A DNA stretch of 64,000 nt from Eledone cirrhosa (Eukaryota). The stretch spans positions 294,066,001 to 294,130,000 of the forward strand of contig OZ024742.1 of the NCBI GenBank assembly GCA_964016885.1. The letters run 5' to 3'. The notes beneath the pieces were generated by a model. It was not told where the DNA came from. It was given only the letters and a program-made list of their open reading frames with translations, and did not search any database. Positions 39,374 through 53,204 of the stretch are shown here, one piece after another. Each line of letters starts with the position of its first letter. Within the stretch, counting starts at the first letter, position 1. The translations under genes and the position numbers were made by a program.

Positions 39374-39657
39374 CAGAGGCGTAACTAGGGTAGGGCAAGC
39401 ATGGCTCATATCATGAACGCCACATGAAGCAGGGTGCCTCTTGATCTAGGAGCACTTCCTATTCAAGTGAGATAAGCTATCATCGGAGAGTGAGATGTTT
39501 GATCTGTCTTTGATTATCATGGGTGAGAAGCATTATAGTGGCTGAATCACTAAACTATTTATATGAATTATTAGGTCCATAGTTAAATAAACAGTGCTGG
39601 GCAGGGGCGCAATTTCACTTGTTGCCATAGATGCTATTTTCCCTAGTTACACTTCTG
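39374..39657. mobile_element. hAT-type MITE
   Basis: TIRs CAGAGGCGTAACTAGGG / CCCTAGTTACACTTCTG. 8-bp TSD AAGGCAAT at 39366-39373 and 39658-39665. Confidence 0.85.
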
Positions 39658-40105
39658 AAGGCAATTTATGAACAATCAATATTGTTAGTTACATGTTTCC
39701 AATGAAATAATCACTTGTTTACTGCATTTCTGAAGGTCAGAGTGATAAGGGAGTTGAAAGTGGGCTAAATTCTATAAAAATATGGCAATATCAATAGAGT
39801 ATCGGACACCATGCTTTGCAGCATACAGTTATGTTCCTTTACATTCTGATTCGTACAAATTTACATACAAATTCAAAAACGAAAAAAAAAAAAAAATATA
39901 TATGTACTCTTTTACTCTTTAACTTGTTCCATATATATAAATCAGGATGGATGTAATTAGAAAATAGTTAGACCATTACTCACCAGAGTACTCGATACTT
40001 GGGGTAGTAGAATATGGTTATATGAAAGAGTCGGGACTCCGACGGCTGAACTCTTGCCCTTTCAACAGCTAGTTGAAGAGCTCAGCTGACACGGGGTCCC
40101 AACTC

Positions 40106-40155
<50 letters not shown>

Positions 40156-40189
40156 GCAACAAGTGCTTTGAATAACAACACAATGCTTC

Positions 40190-40605
40190 AGCACTGATGC
40201 AGGCCCTAAGGATTCAAGAAAATGAATGTTTTAATGTGCATAATATGCCTTGAAATTTCAGGGAAATCGGCTAGACGTAACGCCTCAAAAAAACCCTAAA
40301 AAGCTGAAAAAATTAAGTTTTTCACTTAACGCCGGCTCTGGGCCATAAAAAAGTTGGATTTGCTCACGGTATGAAGAAGAGACTGACTAATACATAGTTA
40401 TAATTTCAAGGAAATCGGTCTGACGTAACGCCTCAAAAAACACCTAAAAACCTGAAAAAACTCAGTTTTTCAACTAATGCAGGCCCTAGAAGATCAAAAA
40501 GTTGAATTTATGTGCATAACACTCCCTCAAACATAAGTAATACACATATAAAGTTTGAAAAAAGTCGGTTGGGTACTTCTCGAGTTTTAGGGATTCAAAC
40601 TCACA

Positions 40606-40697
<92 letters not shown>

Positions 40698-41520
40698 CAG
40701 ACAGACAGACATCCTCAGGGAAGTGGCCTAATGCAGACAGACATACAGACATATATTATAAGGGCACGACGTTATATGTATGTATCTATCTAAAAAGAGA
40801 AAGACTAAGAATTATAAAGAGAGATCGCTAAATCGCCTAATGCGGTCCTTAGGGCATTGAAAAATTGAAATTATTTTTGCTCAGAACACTCCCTGAAACA
40901 TAAGTATTACATGTGTAAAGTTTGAAAACAGTCGGTTGGGTGGTTCTCGAGTTTTAGAGATTCAAACTCACACACAGACAGACATCCTCAGTTTTATATA
41001 TATAGACTAGCAGAAAACCACCCGGTGGGCGGTTTTCTGCTAGCAAATCTAGTGTATATACTGATATTGTTGAGATTTGGATGAGAAATGTTTTCGGCAC
41101 CACATGTTCACCGTCTCTCGGTGTGTCTTTTATGCATGTATAAATATATATGTTATCTATACGGTGAAATCTTTGAAATAAATATATGTTAAAACGAAAA
41201 AGGAGAAAAAGAGATTAGTGACGGAAATATAAACGTTATGATACATAAACGTTATGATATAACGATGGAAATATATCTTCAAATGGTCCTTGGCATGGTG
41301 TCAAGTCAGAACCGCTTCAAACTGGTTACTTCTGGCTTGTGCAAGGTGTCTCTATAGCAACCAGCGATTCCCTCAGCCTCAGTGACCAAAGTCAGTGGAG
41401 AGGGGAAGGTAATGTTTCTAGAGCAACAGTGTTTCTCTTGGAGAAAGGAAGGGGAAGGTAATATTTCTGTAGCACCTACATTTGAGTTTTAGGGAAGGAC
41501 AGACAGACAAACAGAGAAAT
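40190..41520 (-). mobile_element. tandem Helitron-like fragments
   Basis: Minus strand shows hairpin + CTAG directly abutting TCTATATATATAAAACTGAGGATGTC at about 41007. Body is homologous to 13531-13810. Confidence 0.55.
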
Positions 41521-41533
41521 GCCCATATATTTC

Positions 41534-41613
<80 letters not shown>

Positions 41614-41713
41614 ATTAAATAAATGGAAACTATATTTATAAAACCATATTTATTTCATTATATATATTTCAGGGATATCATATTAACAATATGCTATGCC
41701 TTCCTAACTGAAA

Positions 41714-43928
41714 ATGGAATTCTTTAAGATTACTTCCTCTTTAAAAGACATACCTCTACCTAGAAACAAAGACTTTATAAAACAATTAATAGATAAATCT
41801 GACTCTTTTATAAGGAGAATCAGGTGGCGAGCATTCCACTTTGATAAATCTAATACAAACGAAAATGTCTCGGACTTAAACAAAGTTTTCAAATCTAAAA
41901 GAAATCCACCCCCTAACAAACTTTTATCTGACTTTGAAAACGATATAATTTCTATCATACAAGGGGTCAAATTCAAGAGAAACTTCAAAGGCCAGGAATA
42001 TCTGAAAGGCATTAAGGATAACATTGAGAGCTTAGAGAAAACTGAGAAGATCTTGGTGAAATCTGACAAGACCAACAACCTCTATGGAGTGCAGAAAGAC
42101 ATGTATAATGGCCTCATACTGAAAGAGCTGAGGAAAAAGTACAAGGTAGCAGATAAGGCCGAGCTTGAGAAAATGAATGTCGAAGCATCTTGTATAATGC
42201 ACGAGTTGGAAATTGAGAACAGAACACAACCTTTCGTGCCCAGGAAACCGAAGATCAATATGAAAGATCACAAGCGGAATTTTGAAAATGACCTGCCAGT
42301 TAGATTGATCGCACCATCAAAATCGGACCTGGGCAAATTAAGCAAAAACATTCTTGACAGGGTGATACAGCAAATTAAGAACTTGGATTGTTTATCTAAC
42401 CTGAGCTTGTGGAAGGGAACTGGAGAGGTCGTTGAGTGGTTTAAGCAAATTAAATATAACAATAATAATAAGTTTATTCAACTTGATATAGCTAACTATT
42501 ATTCTTCTATTACCCCTAATCTACTAAATAAGGCACTAAATTACGCATTCAAACATACTGACCTAACTAGCAATGAAATGCATATTATATTATCGGCTAG
42601 GAAAACTTTGATAGAATTTAATGACCAACTATGGACCAGAGCAGATAGAGATAGCAATTTTGACATTACTATGGGGTCATCCGACTCAGCCCAGGTAACT
42701 GACCTTGTGGGTTTATTTTTAATCAATTCGCTACATAGGAAAATACCCGGTACTACCGGAGGTTTATATAGAGACGACATGCTTTTACTTATTGATAATA
42801 ATAACTCTGAACTAAATAGAAAATGTAAACAAATTACACAATTTTTTAATTATTTTAATCTTAAAATAGAAATTGAAAACAACCATAGAATAGTCAATTT
42901 CCTAGATATAACATTAAATCTCAACACATGTCTTCACTATCCTTTTCACAAGTTGAATGAAAACTTAAACTATGTAAACTTTAACTCTAACCACCCCAGA
43001 TCTGTCAAAAACACTATAGTAAACTCTGTCCAAAAACGTATCTCTAGGATCTCGTCGAATAGAAAGATTTTCGACGAAAAAGCCCAATACTACAATGAAG
43101 CATTAGCTAGAGCAGGATATGCTGATAAGATTGTGTACATAGATAATGATAGACAAACTAAACAAAGTAACAACTTTTTTAATTACGGCAACATCCTTAA
43201 CAACTATAATAGAAAGCATTACAATAATTCCAAAGGCCAAAAAAGAAATAGAACTAGGAACATAATTTGGTTTGCCCCCCCCTTTCTCACTAAACACTAA
43301 AACCCACATCGCTAAACTATTTTTTAAAGCTCTTGATAATCGCTTCCCTAGAACACATAGATATCACTCAATTTTCAATAGACATACAATTAAATTAACC
43401 TACTCATCCACCAAAAATTTAGCACAAAATATCAATAGAATAAATAATAGGAACTTAAAACCTAGTGATAACAGCATAAATAATATACAAGTTAACAAAT
43501 GTAACTGTAGAGATAGATCTAAATGTCTGTTAAATAACAACTGCTTAGTTAAAAATATAGTATACAATTGTAATGTTAATACTGACTCTAATTCTTTTAA
43601 CTACGTCGGTTCCACATCGACGGAATTTAAACTTCGCTATAATAACCACAAGAATTCTTTCACAGATCCAAGTAAAAAATCTTCAACGGCACTATCAGGC
43701 GTACTATGGCAACTTAAGCTAGATAACGTTAGATATTCGACGGCTTGGAATATAGTCTCAAGAGGGATTCCTTTTAATTCATCCTCTGAGACATGTGACC
43801 TCTGCGCAGAGGAGATATTCTTTATACTAAAATCTAAAAATTCCCTTAATCTACGGACAAATTTATTCAGTTGTTGCAAACATAGATTAAACTCAACGTT
43901 TAAATATAAATTTAAATTTAAAATGTAG
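41714..43928 (+). CDS. PLE polyprotein RT + GIY-YIG endonuclease, split by one frameshift in a C8 run (43275-43282)
   Basis: KSDKT, PVRLIAP, QLDIANYYSSI, DITMGSSDSA, GLYRDD, VNFLDI, SNHP; then CNCR...C...C, NIVY...YVGST...FKLRYNNH and C-terminal CDLC...CCKH. Confidence 0.9.
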
Positions 43929-45295
43929 TATATTTAGTTTGATTTATAATTATATGGGAAACTAGCCGATAAATCTTTGATTCTCTTTTTATTCTTTTTA
44001 TTTTTATTTTATTTATTTAAACATTCTTCATGAAAAATTAAGCTATCCTAAAAGTTGATGCTCCAAATATTTCGAATAAACGTTACACTAGATAAACTTC
44101 TATATTAAATATAAGAACACATGTAGACCAAATTGGGCATCCTATACTTTTTGAAATGATCTTTACTAGATGCGATTTGATAGATAATTTTTGGCCTTAT
44201 CTGTTTTTCGACTCTGATGTTTATAATGAACTTGGCAATATATTGTCAATTAATTTTGAAGGGTTGATCTTTGTGGTTTATTTTATTTTTATTATTGTAG
44301 TATTTCCTAATTTTTATTTTTAATATTCTTAATATGTAAATTTTTTAATATGTAATATTTTTAATATGTAATATTCTTTCGTAATATTTCTTAGTTTTCT
44401 ATTTTATTATTACTTATTATTATTATTGTTATTTTTAGTTTTGTTTCCGATATATTTTTATTTTTATTTTTATTAGTATATTGAAATCTGCTCTATCTTT
44501 GCTTGATAGACTGAAATAGTAATATTGACTCTATATACACATATATGTATACTTAAATTTTTATACCACATTGAGAATACTTTCCGTGAACTTAAGGTTT
44601 GCAGAATTGATCATGTACATTCACATAGATGTTTGTAATTATCACATAAACATATGAATTTTTTAAAAAACTAAACATAAGATCATTAATTTTCACACAT
44701 TGTGGATACATATCTCATTCAGGAATACTGATATTTACAATGTAGAGGCTGGTTTTCTAAATACTAATACCTCTATATTAAAACAGAGGTTTTTTACGCC
44801 TCGCCTGTGTCTGGATATTTTTGAATTTTTTCTCTCTCTTTTTTCTCTCTCTATATTTTTTCTCTCCCTATATAACAGCTGGTTTTCCCTCCATATATCT
44901 CCCTTACATTAATACTAGAGCTAAATAAATAAATAAATAAATAAATAAATGTATCATTGATACGTTATTCAACAGTCGTCCCACTACCTAGCTTTCTATA
45001 TATATCTATATATCTCTATTTCCTCTCTCTCTATATATATATATCTCTTTCTGTTTCTTTACATGAAGTTCTTCTCTTTATCTATCTTTCCATCTCTCTA
45101 TTTTGTTCCATGCATTTCTTCTTTTTCTTTTTCTTCGTTTTCTGTCTTTCTTTCCTTTTTTCTCTCTTTTTCTCTCTTTCTCTCTCTCTTTCTTTCTCTT
45201 TGTGTACAATTTTGTCACTACCAAATCAACCTTCTCAAATGCAAGTAGATGTTACGGTATGTCGAATCTATTTATCTATAAAACTGTTTATATTG

Positions 45296-45361
45296 TATTT
45301 TGTCTGAGGAAGGCATAGCATATTGTTAATATGATATCCCTGAAATATATATAATGAAATA
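45296..45361 (+). ncRNA. pLTR hammerhead ribozyme of the PLE
   Basis: TATTTTGT-CTGAGGA-AGGCATAGCATATT...AATATGATATCCCT-GAAA-T-ATAT-A-TA-ATGAAATA. Palindromic loop III. Confidence 0.8.
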
Positions 45362-45490
45362 AATATGGTTTTATAAATATAGTTTCCATTTATTTAATAT
45401 TGTAAATATACTCCAAATATTTGTCGAGTGCTTTTATATCAGTTATAAATATTTACTAGTTGTAACCCAACAATTTAAATATAACTTTCC

Positions 45491-46490
45491 ATATATATAT
45501 ATATATATATTACACACACAGAAATGTATATATATTTCTGTGTGTGTATATATATATATATATATATTACACACACAGAAATGTATATATATTTCTGTGT
45601 GTATATATATATATTTCTGTGTGTATATATATATATATATTACACACACAGAAATGTATATATATTTCTGTGTGTATATATATATATTTCTGTGTGTGTA
45701 TATATATATATATTACACACACAGAAAGGTATATATATATATATTACACACACAGAAATGTATATATATTTCTGTGTGTGTATATATATATATATATTAC
45801 ACACACAGAAATGTATATAAATTTCTTAGAACAAAATTATTATTAATGTTTTGCTGTTCATAACAATTGGAATTGAAAAATTACTTTTGAAATTATTAGT
45901 TATTTTACTAATGCTTAGATATGTAAAAATGAAGCAATGTTTCTAATAATTGTTTCTACTTTTGGCACAAGGCCAGCAATTACCCAGTACATTACTGGTA
46001 CTTTATTTTATCGACCCCGTGAGGATGAAAGGCAAAGTTAACCTCGGCGGTATTTGAACTCAGACCGTAAAGAGACGTAACTCCTTGCTATGAAGCATGG
46101 TGTCCGACTCTCTACAGATTCTGCCAATCCACCGCCCTAATGTCTGTACGTAATGAGGGAGTGAGAGGGGAGAGAAAGAAAGGCAGAGGTGAAGTGACGA
46201 AGTGACTCTCTCCTCCTCCTCCTCCTCCATCTCCCCATTCGTCACAGCGATAGAGGGGAGGAATGTTAGTGTGTTACAAAGAGAAAGAGTGAGAGTGAGA
46301 GAAACAGACAGACTAAAAGAGAGGGATAGCTGGAGAGAGAGAGAGATAGCAACAGATACAGTACAGTAGCTAAGGGATGTATATATATTTCTGTGTGTAT
46401 ATATATATACATTTCTGTGTGTGTAATATATATATATATATATATACACACACACGGAAATATATATATATATATATATATAATATATAT

Positions 46491-46522
<32 letters not shown>

Positions 46523-46594
46523 ATATATATATATATTTCCGTGTGTGTATATATATATATATATATTACACACACAGAAATGTGTATATATTTC

Positions 46595-46625
<31 letters not shown>

Positions 46626-46730
46626 TACACACACAGAAATGTATATATATTTCTGTGTGTATATATATATATTTCTGTGTGTGTATATATATATATATTA
46701 CACACACACAGAAATGTATATATGTTTCTG
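45491..46730. repeat. palindromic-unit minisatellite (ACACACAGAAAT...ATTTCTGTGTGT), interrupted at 45825-46375
   Basis: Repeated self-complementary units joined by (TA)n. One half-unit also lies left of the PLE at 41525-41545. Confidence 0.8.
45948..46138 (-). mobile_element. tRNA-derived SINE with Meta-domain-like core
   Basis: Reverse complement GGCGGTGGATTGGCAGAAT...TGAGTTCAAAT...AACTTTGCCTTTCATCC...GGGGTCGATAAAATAAAGTACCAG. More than 15 copies, for example 24749, 24960, 37010, 50955, 51940, 54765, 56020, 59042 and 61833. Confidence 0.8.
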
Positions 46731-48196
46731 TAGCACTCCTCAATTCCCCCCTCTCTTCCTCCCGCTATCCCCCTCTTGTAGTCTCTCTCTCTACGCGTAT
46801 GCAAAAAACATTCGCACGCGCGCCTGTGTTTCCACTGTCGGACAGACAGACAGAGAAATTGCTGGTTATATATTATAAGGAGATTATATTTTTATATTTT
46901 TTACTGTTCAAATTCTATCTGTCTAATGAGGTCATAACTGTTGCATAATGGTTATCACCGAAATACCTGTATAACAGCGTATTTGAATATACAAAGTTAA
47001 TTTTTACCTGTTGACTTACACTTCTTATATATATAGAGAGAGACGGAGGGGAGGAGGAGGAGGAGAAAAAGAAATTATATGCACTCACACAAGTAATTAA
47101 CTTAATATAATTATTACATAAAGTTGACCCACTAAAGTGACCTCATAGCAAATGAGGATGTGGTCAAATTGACCAGTAATAGAAATAACGCCCATTCTTA
47201 TATCCAAGACTGACCACTCCTTAGAATACATTTGTTATTTCTCTATACATACATATTGTTGAGTATATGTGATTATTAGCTTGTACGTACTATATGTGTA
47301 AACACTCATACCTCTATATACATATATACACACACATGTATACAAGCACACACACATACATATACATATACATACACATATATATATACATACACAGATA
47401 CTTGAAAATGATATATATATATATATATATATACGCATACATACATACATACATACACACATACACACATACATACACACATACATACATGTATACACAT
47501 ACTTATACGTATATACATTCATGTATATATACATTTGCACATACATATATACACATATGCACATGTGTAAGTCTAGATGTGAATGCATATACAGACATAA
47601 GTGTTAATATGTATATGTGTGTACATATCAATATATACATGAGAGGAATATACATACATGTATGAATGTATGTATGTATGCATGTATGAATGTATGTGTG
47701 TAGGTATGTGTGTAGGTATCTCTATCTGTTTGTATGTATGTGTGTATGCATGTATGTGTGTATGAATACATTGTGTATATATGGATGTGGTCATGTATCT
47801 ATGTATCTAGATGCGAATGTGTATATGTATGTGTGTATATGTTTGTATATGTATATATGTGAGTGTGTATATTTGTGTGTATATATATATATATATGTGT
47901 GTGTGTATGCATGTATGTATATTTGTATGTATGCAGGCATGCATACATCATGCATGCATGCAAGTATGTATGTATGTATCTATATATGTGTGTATGTATG
48001 TATGCATGCATGTGTGCATGTTGTACGTATGTATATATGTATGTATGTGGGTACATATGTATGTATGTACGTATCTATGTCTGTATGTTTCTATGTCAGT
48101 ACATATTTATGCATGTATGTATCTATGTACATATGTATGTATCTGTCCGTACAAATACATGGATGCATCTATGTTTGTACATACATATGTATGTAT

Positions 48197-49233
48197 GTCG
48201 GGTCACTCTTGAGTGCTACTGGTAACATGTAACCCAGTACAACCTGTCGCATGGTCCTGGTAACATGTAACCCAGTACAACCTGTCGCATGGTCGGGTCG
48301 TCAGCGACTAAACCGGCAACCCCACCAAGTTTACTTGGACACCCTGCAGGACAAAAATTAAAACCTGACAAAGGGCGGAAGAACTCATAAGAGTCAACGG
48401 CCATCCAAAAGTGTGTAAATATGTATATACACATGTACCGCGTGGTTAAACCACTGGGAATGAAGGACCCCTAGCCTTTGTCAGGGCATTCTTCTAGGAG
48501 AAGGCAACTCAGGAAACTGGGATAACTCCGATATAAAACTAGCGGCTCAGTAGTTACCGATGATGTTGATCTTTTCTTCTTTTCGGGTTATAGCTACTGT
48601 CACTCAGACAATGGGATTGGCTCAGTGCACAGTTTTTCCTCAATTTAAAAAATATGTTCACGCACAGGCATTGCACGATAGAATTAATTAATAATTATTA
48701 ATAATGGTATACCGTGCAATGGCCATACTTGATAACGAGGGGCAGCCATCATGTATGTATGTATGTATGTATGTATGTATGTATGTATGAGCTCTTAAGA
48801 GTCAATGGCCATCCAAAATCACTGGGAGAGATGACCCCTTAGCCTTTGTCAAGGCAGAATTCTAGGAGAAGGAAAACTCTGATATAACACCTGCAACTCT
48901 GATGGTATCCAATGATGTTGACTTGTTCTTCTTTTTGGTAAATATCATCTTGGTTAAGAGAGTGGGACTGGCTTTGTGCAGTGCCTTTGCTCACTATAAA
49001 AGCTTCACGGCACAGGCATTGCTTTATATCTGGAGATCTCTCTGCATTTGTCATCACAGGGTACAATGGGCCCAGCACTATGTGACAGTAATTATCACAA
49101 GTGTAGTGTTTGTACCAGAGTTTCCAAGTCGCTGGCTGGACTAAAAAGTCACACTCGTTCAGCGCATTGGTAGGGGTTCTCCTACATGGATATAGAGTAG
49201 TGGCCGTACTCGATAACGAGTTGGCAACCACCA
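48197..49233 (+). mobile_element. two related non-coding retroposon-like copies, each followed by (ATGT)n
   Basis: 48197-48750 and 48790-49233 share GAGTCAA.GGCCATCC, CTAGGAGAAGG.AACTC and GGCC.TACT.GATAACGAG ends. Confidence 0.7.
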
Positions 49234-52200
49234 TGTATGTATGTATCTATGTATGTATCTATGTCTCTACGTATGTATGTATCAAGAACTGAATAAATTG
49301 GATAAAAAAGGAATTTGTAGATCATGTCAGTAGTCTGTCAAGTAGTTGCATCCTTTTTAAATTGGTTGTTGTTCTTATAATGACCGGAAATTTATTCTTC
49401 TATCAGCACAAATATATAGTTTGCTGGACTCTAAGAAGTGCTTAGTATTATGTTCTGCAAGACTTCGGTGATACAGCAAGAATGCCATTGGAAGGACCTC
49501 CGTCAGTTTCTACGATGAGCGTTCTAGTTGTTTCATCAGTGGTACAGCCTGCTTGTGAAATTAACATGCGAGTTGTTTTTTAACCCTTTAGCATTTAAAC
49601 TGGCCATATCTGGCCAGAATTCTCTTATCTCTTTCTATTCAAACCGGCCATAACTGGCCACTCATATCAATGTTAAGGTATTGTTCTCAAAATAAATAAC
49701 ATCAAAATCTCATAGATTCGATATTATGTGAGATAACTATGTGAGGTAAAGCCTTTACTGTGAAAATATAATTGTAAATATAGAGTAATGTAAATGCTAA
49801 ATGGTTAAATCTCCCACTAAAAGTATTAATACATATGTCTGTGGAATACTCAGGCACTTAATTTGAAGAGTTGGTTGTGCCATTGATTGAATAATCTGAA
49901 GATTTTATCATCAAAACCAGTGGCAGTCCATTCCATGCATGTGGTCTAAAGTCTAAAGTCTGTCTTAAACCAGAAGGCTCGTGAGGCCGGTGCTTATCCC
50001 AGTTTCGTCATGCGAAGTGACTGAGAGTACAAGACTCCCCTCTGAACAGGACACCAGTCCATTGCAGGTTTAATCCCCCAGCTATTGCTGGTACTCATTT
50101 TCAGCTGAGTACTGGAGATGAAGTGTTTTGCTCAAGAACATAACACACAACCTACCCCAGGAATCAAACCTATGACATTATTATCATAAATCCAATACCC
50201 TTACCACTAGGCCAGATGCCTCCACATGCATGCTCATGTGTTTATTTAGTCAGATTTCCCCCAGAAACCAGGTGGCTTTTTTTTGTTAGCCCCCCCCCCC
50301 CCATCATCATCATCATCCCCCCTCATCCTCTTCCTTATATGTCCTCCACCCTCCCCCTTCTTCACCCACTTATTCCTCAGAGGGCCGTTGGGGCAGAGTC
50401 CTCAAACACTCTTTCTAGCAGGTCCTGTCAGAAGCAACCATTGCAAGTGAAACCAGCCAAGCTCATGGATGTTATCCAACCATCTTGCTTGGGGTCTACC
50501 TCTGCGTCTCCTACCGGCTGGTTTTGCCAGTAAAATCTGTCAAGCGATTCTTTCCTGAGACATTCTAAAGACATTCAAGTTGCTGACCAAACACACATGT
50601 ACTTTTTACATAATTCTTAGTGAGATTCAGTGTGTGACAAAGTTGGCCCTATTACAGAAATTGTACCCATAATTTAATTCTCAGGGAGAACAGTATGACA
50701 CACTGTTTGACAAGGCTGTACAATATTTTTTCTAAATATATTTTAAAATATTTCTCTAAGAACTTAAGCCAGAACAGAAAGGGAGTGGTTAGACAAGTTG
50801 CCATGTGTCTATGAATTTTGAGTGGACATGTTCTCCTCAAGTTCTAGTTCTTTTACCCATTGTTACATACACTATATATACATATATATACTTGTAATAT
50901 ACATATATATACTTGGATTACAAGTATGTATATATAGCATATATAAGGCAGCAAATTGGCGGAGTTGTTAAGATGTCGGATAGAATGCTTTACGGCATTC
51001 GTACCACCTCATTGCGCGCTCTCAGTTCAAATGTTGCTGTAGTCAACTTTGCCTTTCATCCTTTCAAGGTCAATAAAAAAAAGTACCAGTCCAGTACTGG
51101 GATCAATTTTTTCACTATAGAAAAAAATTGGCTGTGTTCAGACCTGGGGAGGATTGGGCTCCACCAGGTTTAAAAGCGCCCTAGACATGCCGTATGACTG
51201 TGTCTCTATGACTCCACAGGGAATTATGGGATCTTTATCTTTTTATTATATAGTGTATATACTGGCCTTATGCCCAAAGTAGAAACAATTATATTGTGTA
51301 CATATAGTGTATACAATATTATTTGCATGTAAAAATTGAATAAAAGAACTAGAACAAAAGTTTTATTTTTCAATTGTTATTTTAAGTCATTTCATAGGGC
51401 TTTGTGTCCACTCAAAATCATAGGCTCAGGCAACATTTGAATATAGAGTTATAGAAGAACTCTAGTAATTTGCTACAAACGTCTTTGAAGTAGGTTTGTT
51501 TTGTCTCTTGGTATCAATGTTTTAAAAATCAAACTATCACTCTTTAGTTTTGTGAGCCCACTATATTCATTGTATACAATAAAATTGTGGTATTTGTAAA
51601 ATGAGATACATATAGTAACTTTATGAAATATAAAAGTTGATATATCTGAGGGAGCCGAATGAACCCTATGATATATGTAATCTGCTCATTGTATGGCAAT
51701 AGCCAATTCAATTTTGAATAGTCTAGGAACAGAATACATCAGATGTGTAGAATTCAAACAGAAAATAACAACAAATACTTTTGAGTGTTTAGAATTGTAT
51801 GTATGGTCCCGTAACTCCAGATAGAGTTGTAGGGGTACTGTATTAATGTATAGTGTTTTGAGGGCATTTTAAGCCTGGCGGAACCCAACCCTCTCCAGGC
51901 CTGAGTACAGCAGATTTCTTCCAAAGAGAGGAAGAATCAACCCCAGTATTAGACCGGTAATTTTTTTTATTGACCTCAAAAGTGTGAAAGGTAAAGGTCA
52001 CCTCAGCAGGATTTGAACTCAGAGAGCAGAGCGCCGGAACAAATACCATAAAGTATTCTATCCAACATTCTAACGGCTCTGCCAATTCGCCACCTATAGA
52101 ATTACATTTGTTCAAATCTGATTGATTTGTATGTAATTCTTGGAAATAAAAAAATAGAAAAAAAGATGCGATTTATATATATAAGTATAAATGGTAAGTT

Positions 52201-52324
52201 GTATATTTTTTGTTATTTCTTAAAGCATTAGGGAGGAATTTCTCAAAATGACTCTTTTACACAAAGCCCTATGAAATGACTTAAAATAACAATTGAAAAA
52301 TAAAACTTTTTTATTTTTATACAG

Positions 52325-52395
52325 AATGTCCAGGGGGTGCTGATAATCCATGCTCTGGAAATGGTAACTGTGAAAATGGAAAATGTTCGTGTCGT
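52325..52395 (+). CDS. stabilin-like exon 2 (EGF-like)
   Basis: (E)CPGGADNPCSGNGNCENGKCSCR; AG/GTAAG; phase 1 to 0. Compare the stabilin ECPGGA..PC.G.G.C motif. Confidence 0.88.
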
Positions 52396-53204
52396 GTAAG
52401 TACTTGAATTAAAATAAAAAATTATGAGAATAATTATACAGCAGAATCTATATAAAACATTGTGAAATATGTGATTCTGATTGTTTTAGAAAAAGTTGCT
52501 ACAATACAGATTAGAAATATATGAATGAAAACATGAGTAGGAATCACCATCATCATCATCATTTTATGTCTGCTTTCCACGTTAGCATTTCATATTTCAT
52601 ATTTAGTATGGTTTCAACAACTGGATACCCTTCCTAACATCAACTACATCACAAGGTGTGTGGAGTGTGTTTTTTTGTGGCACCTGTACTACCACTTTAC
52701 TGAGTGGACTGGGTTAATTTTTATGGCACCAACACAAACATAAAGTAAAAAACAAAACAAAATAGTTGTTTAAACTTTTACCTTATATTTAATGATATTT
52801 CAATGTTTTAACCTCTCATTAACCCTTTAGCATTTATCTTACTCTATATTTACTATTGTATTTTTGTGGTAAATGCTTTATCTTACATAACTATTTCACA
52901 TAATATCGAATCTATGAGATTTGATGTTATTTATTTTGAGAACAATACTTTAACGTCAGTATGAGCAACTGGTTACAGCCAGTTTCAACAGAAAGAGGTG
53001 AGAGAATTCTGGCTGAATACAGCCAGTTTAAATGCTAAAGCATTAAAAAGAAAGAAGTGGAGTATGGTATTGACAATGAGCAATAAAAGTAGAACACTGC
53101 TTGAGGCTAACACTAGAATACATTTCCTTTCTATGGAAAAAGGGATCCTAACTGAAAGAAGGAATTTGTAGTTTACTTGAAGCATTGTATATGGTATAAA
53201 GAAT

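Larger units (their letters stand above)
41609..45490 (+). mobile_element. Penelope-like retroelement, near full length, in stabilin-like intron 1
   Basis: Inverted partial pLTR 41609-41705 mirrors 45307-45403. RT and GIY-YIG ORFs, long AT-rich 3' UTR, hammerhead-bearing pLTR. (TA)n on both sides. Confidence 0.92.

Noticed and set aside
43275-43300. Programmed ribosomal frameshift or selenocysteine recoding in the PLE
   Set aside because: PLEs of this layout have one ORF, and a homopolymer indel is the simpler explanation. No in-frame TGA is present.
48440-48530. HDV-like or twister ribozyme in the RTE-like UTR motif
   Set aside because: Could not build the nested double pseudoknot or find the twister consensus; only a small hairpin is supported.
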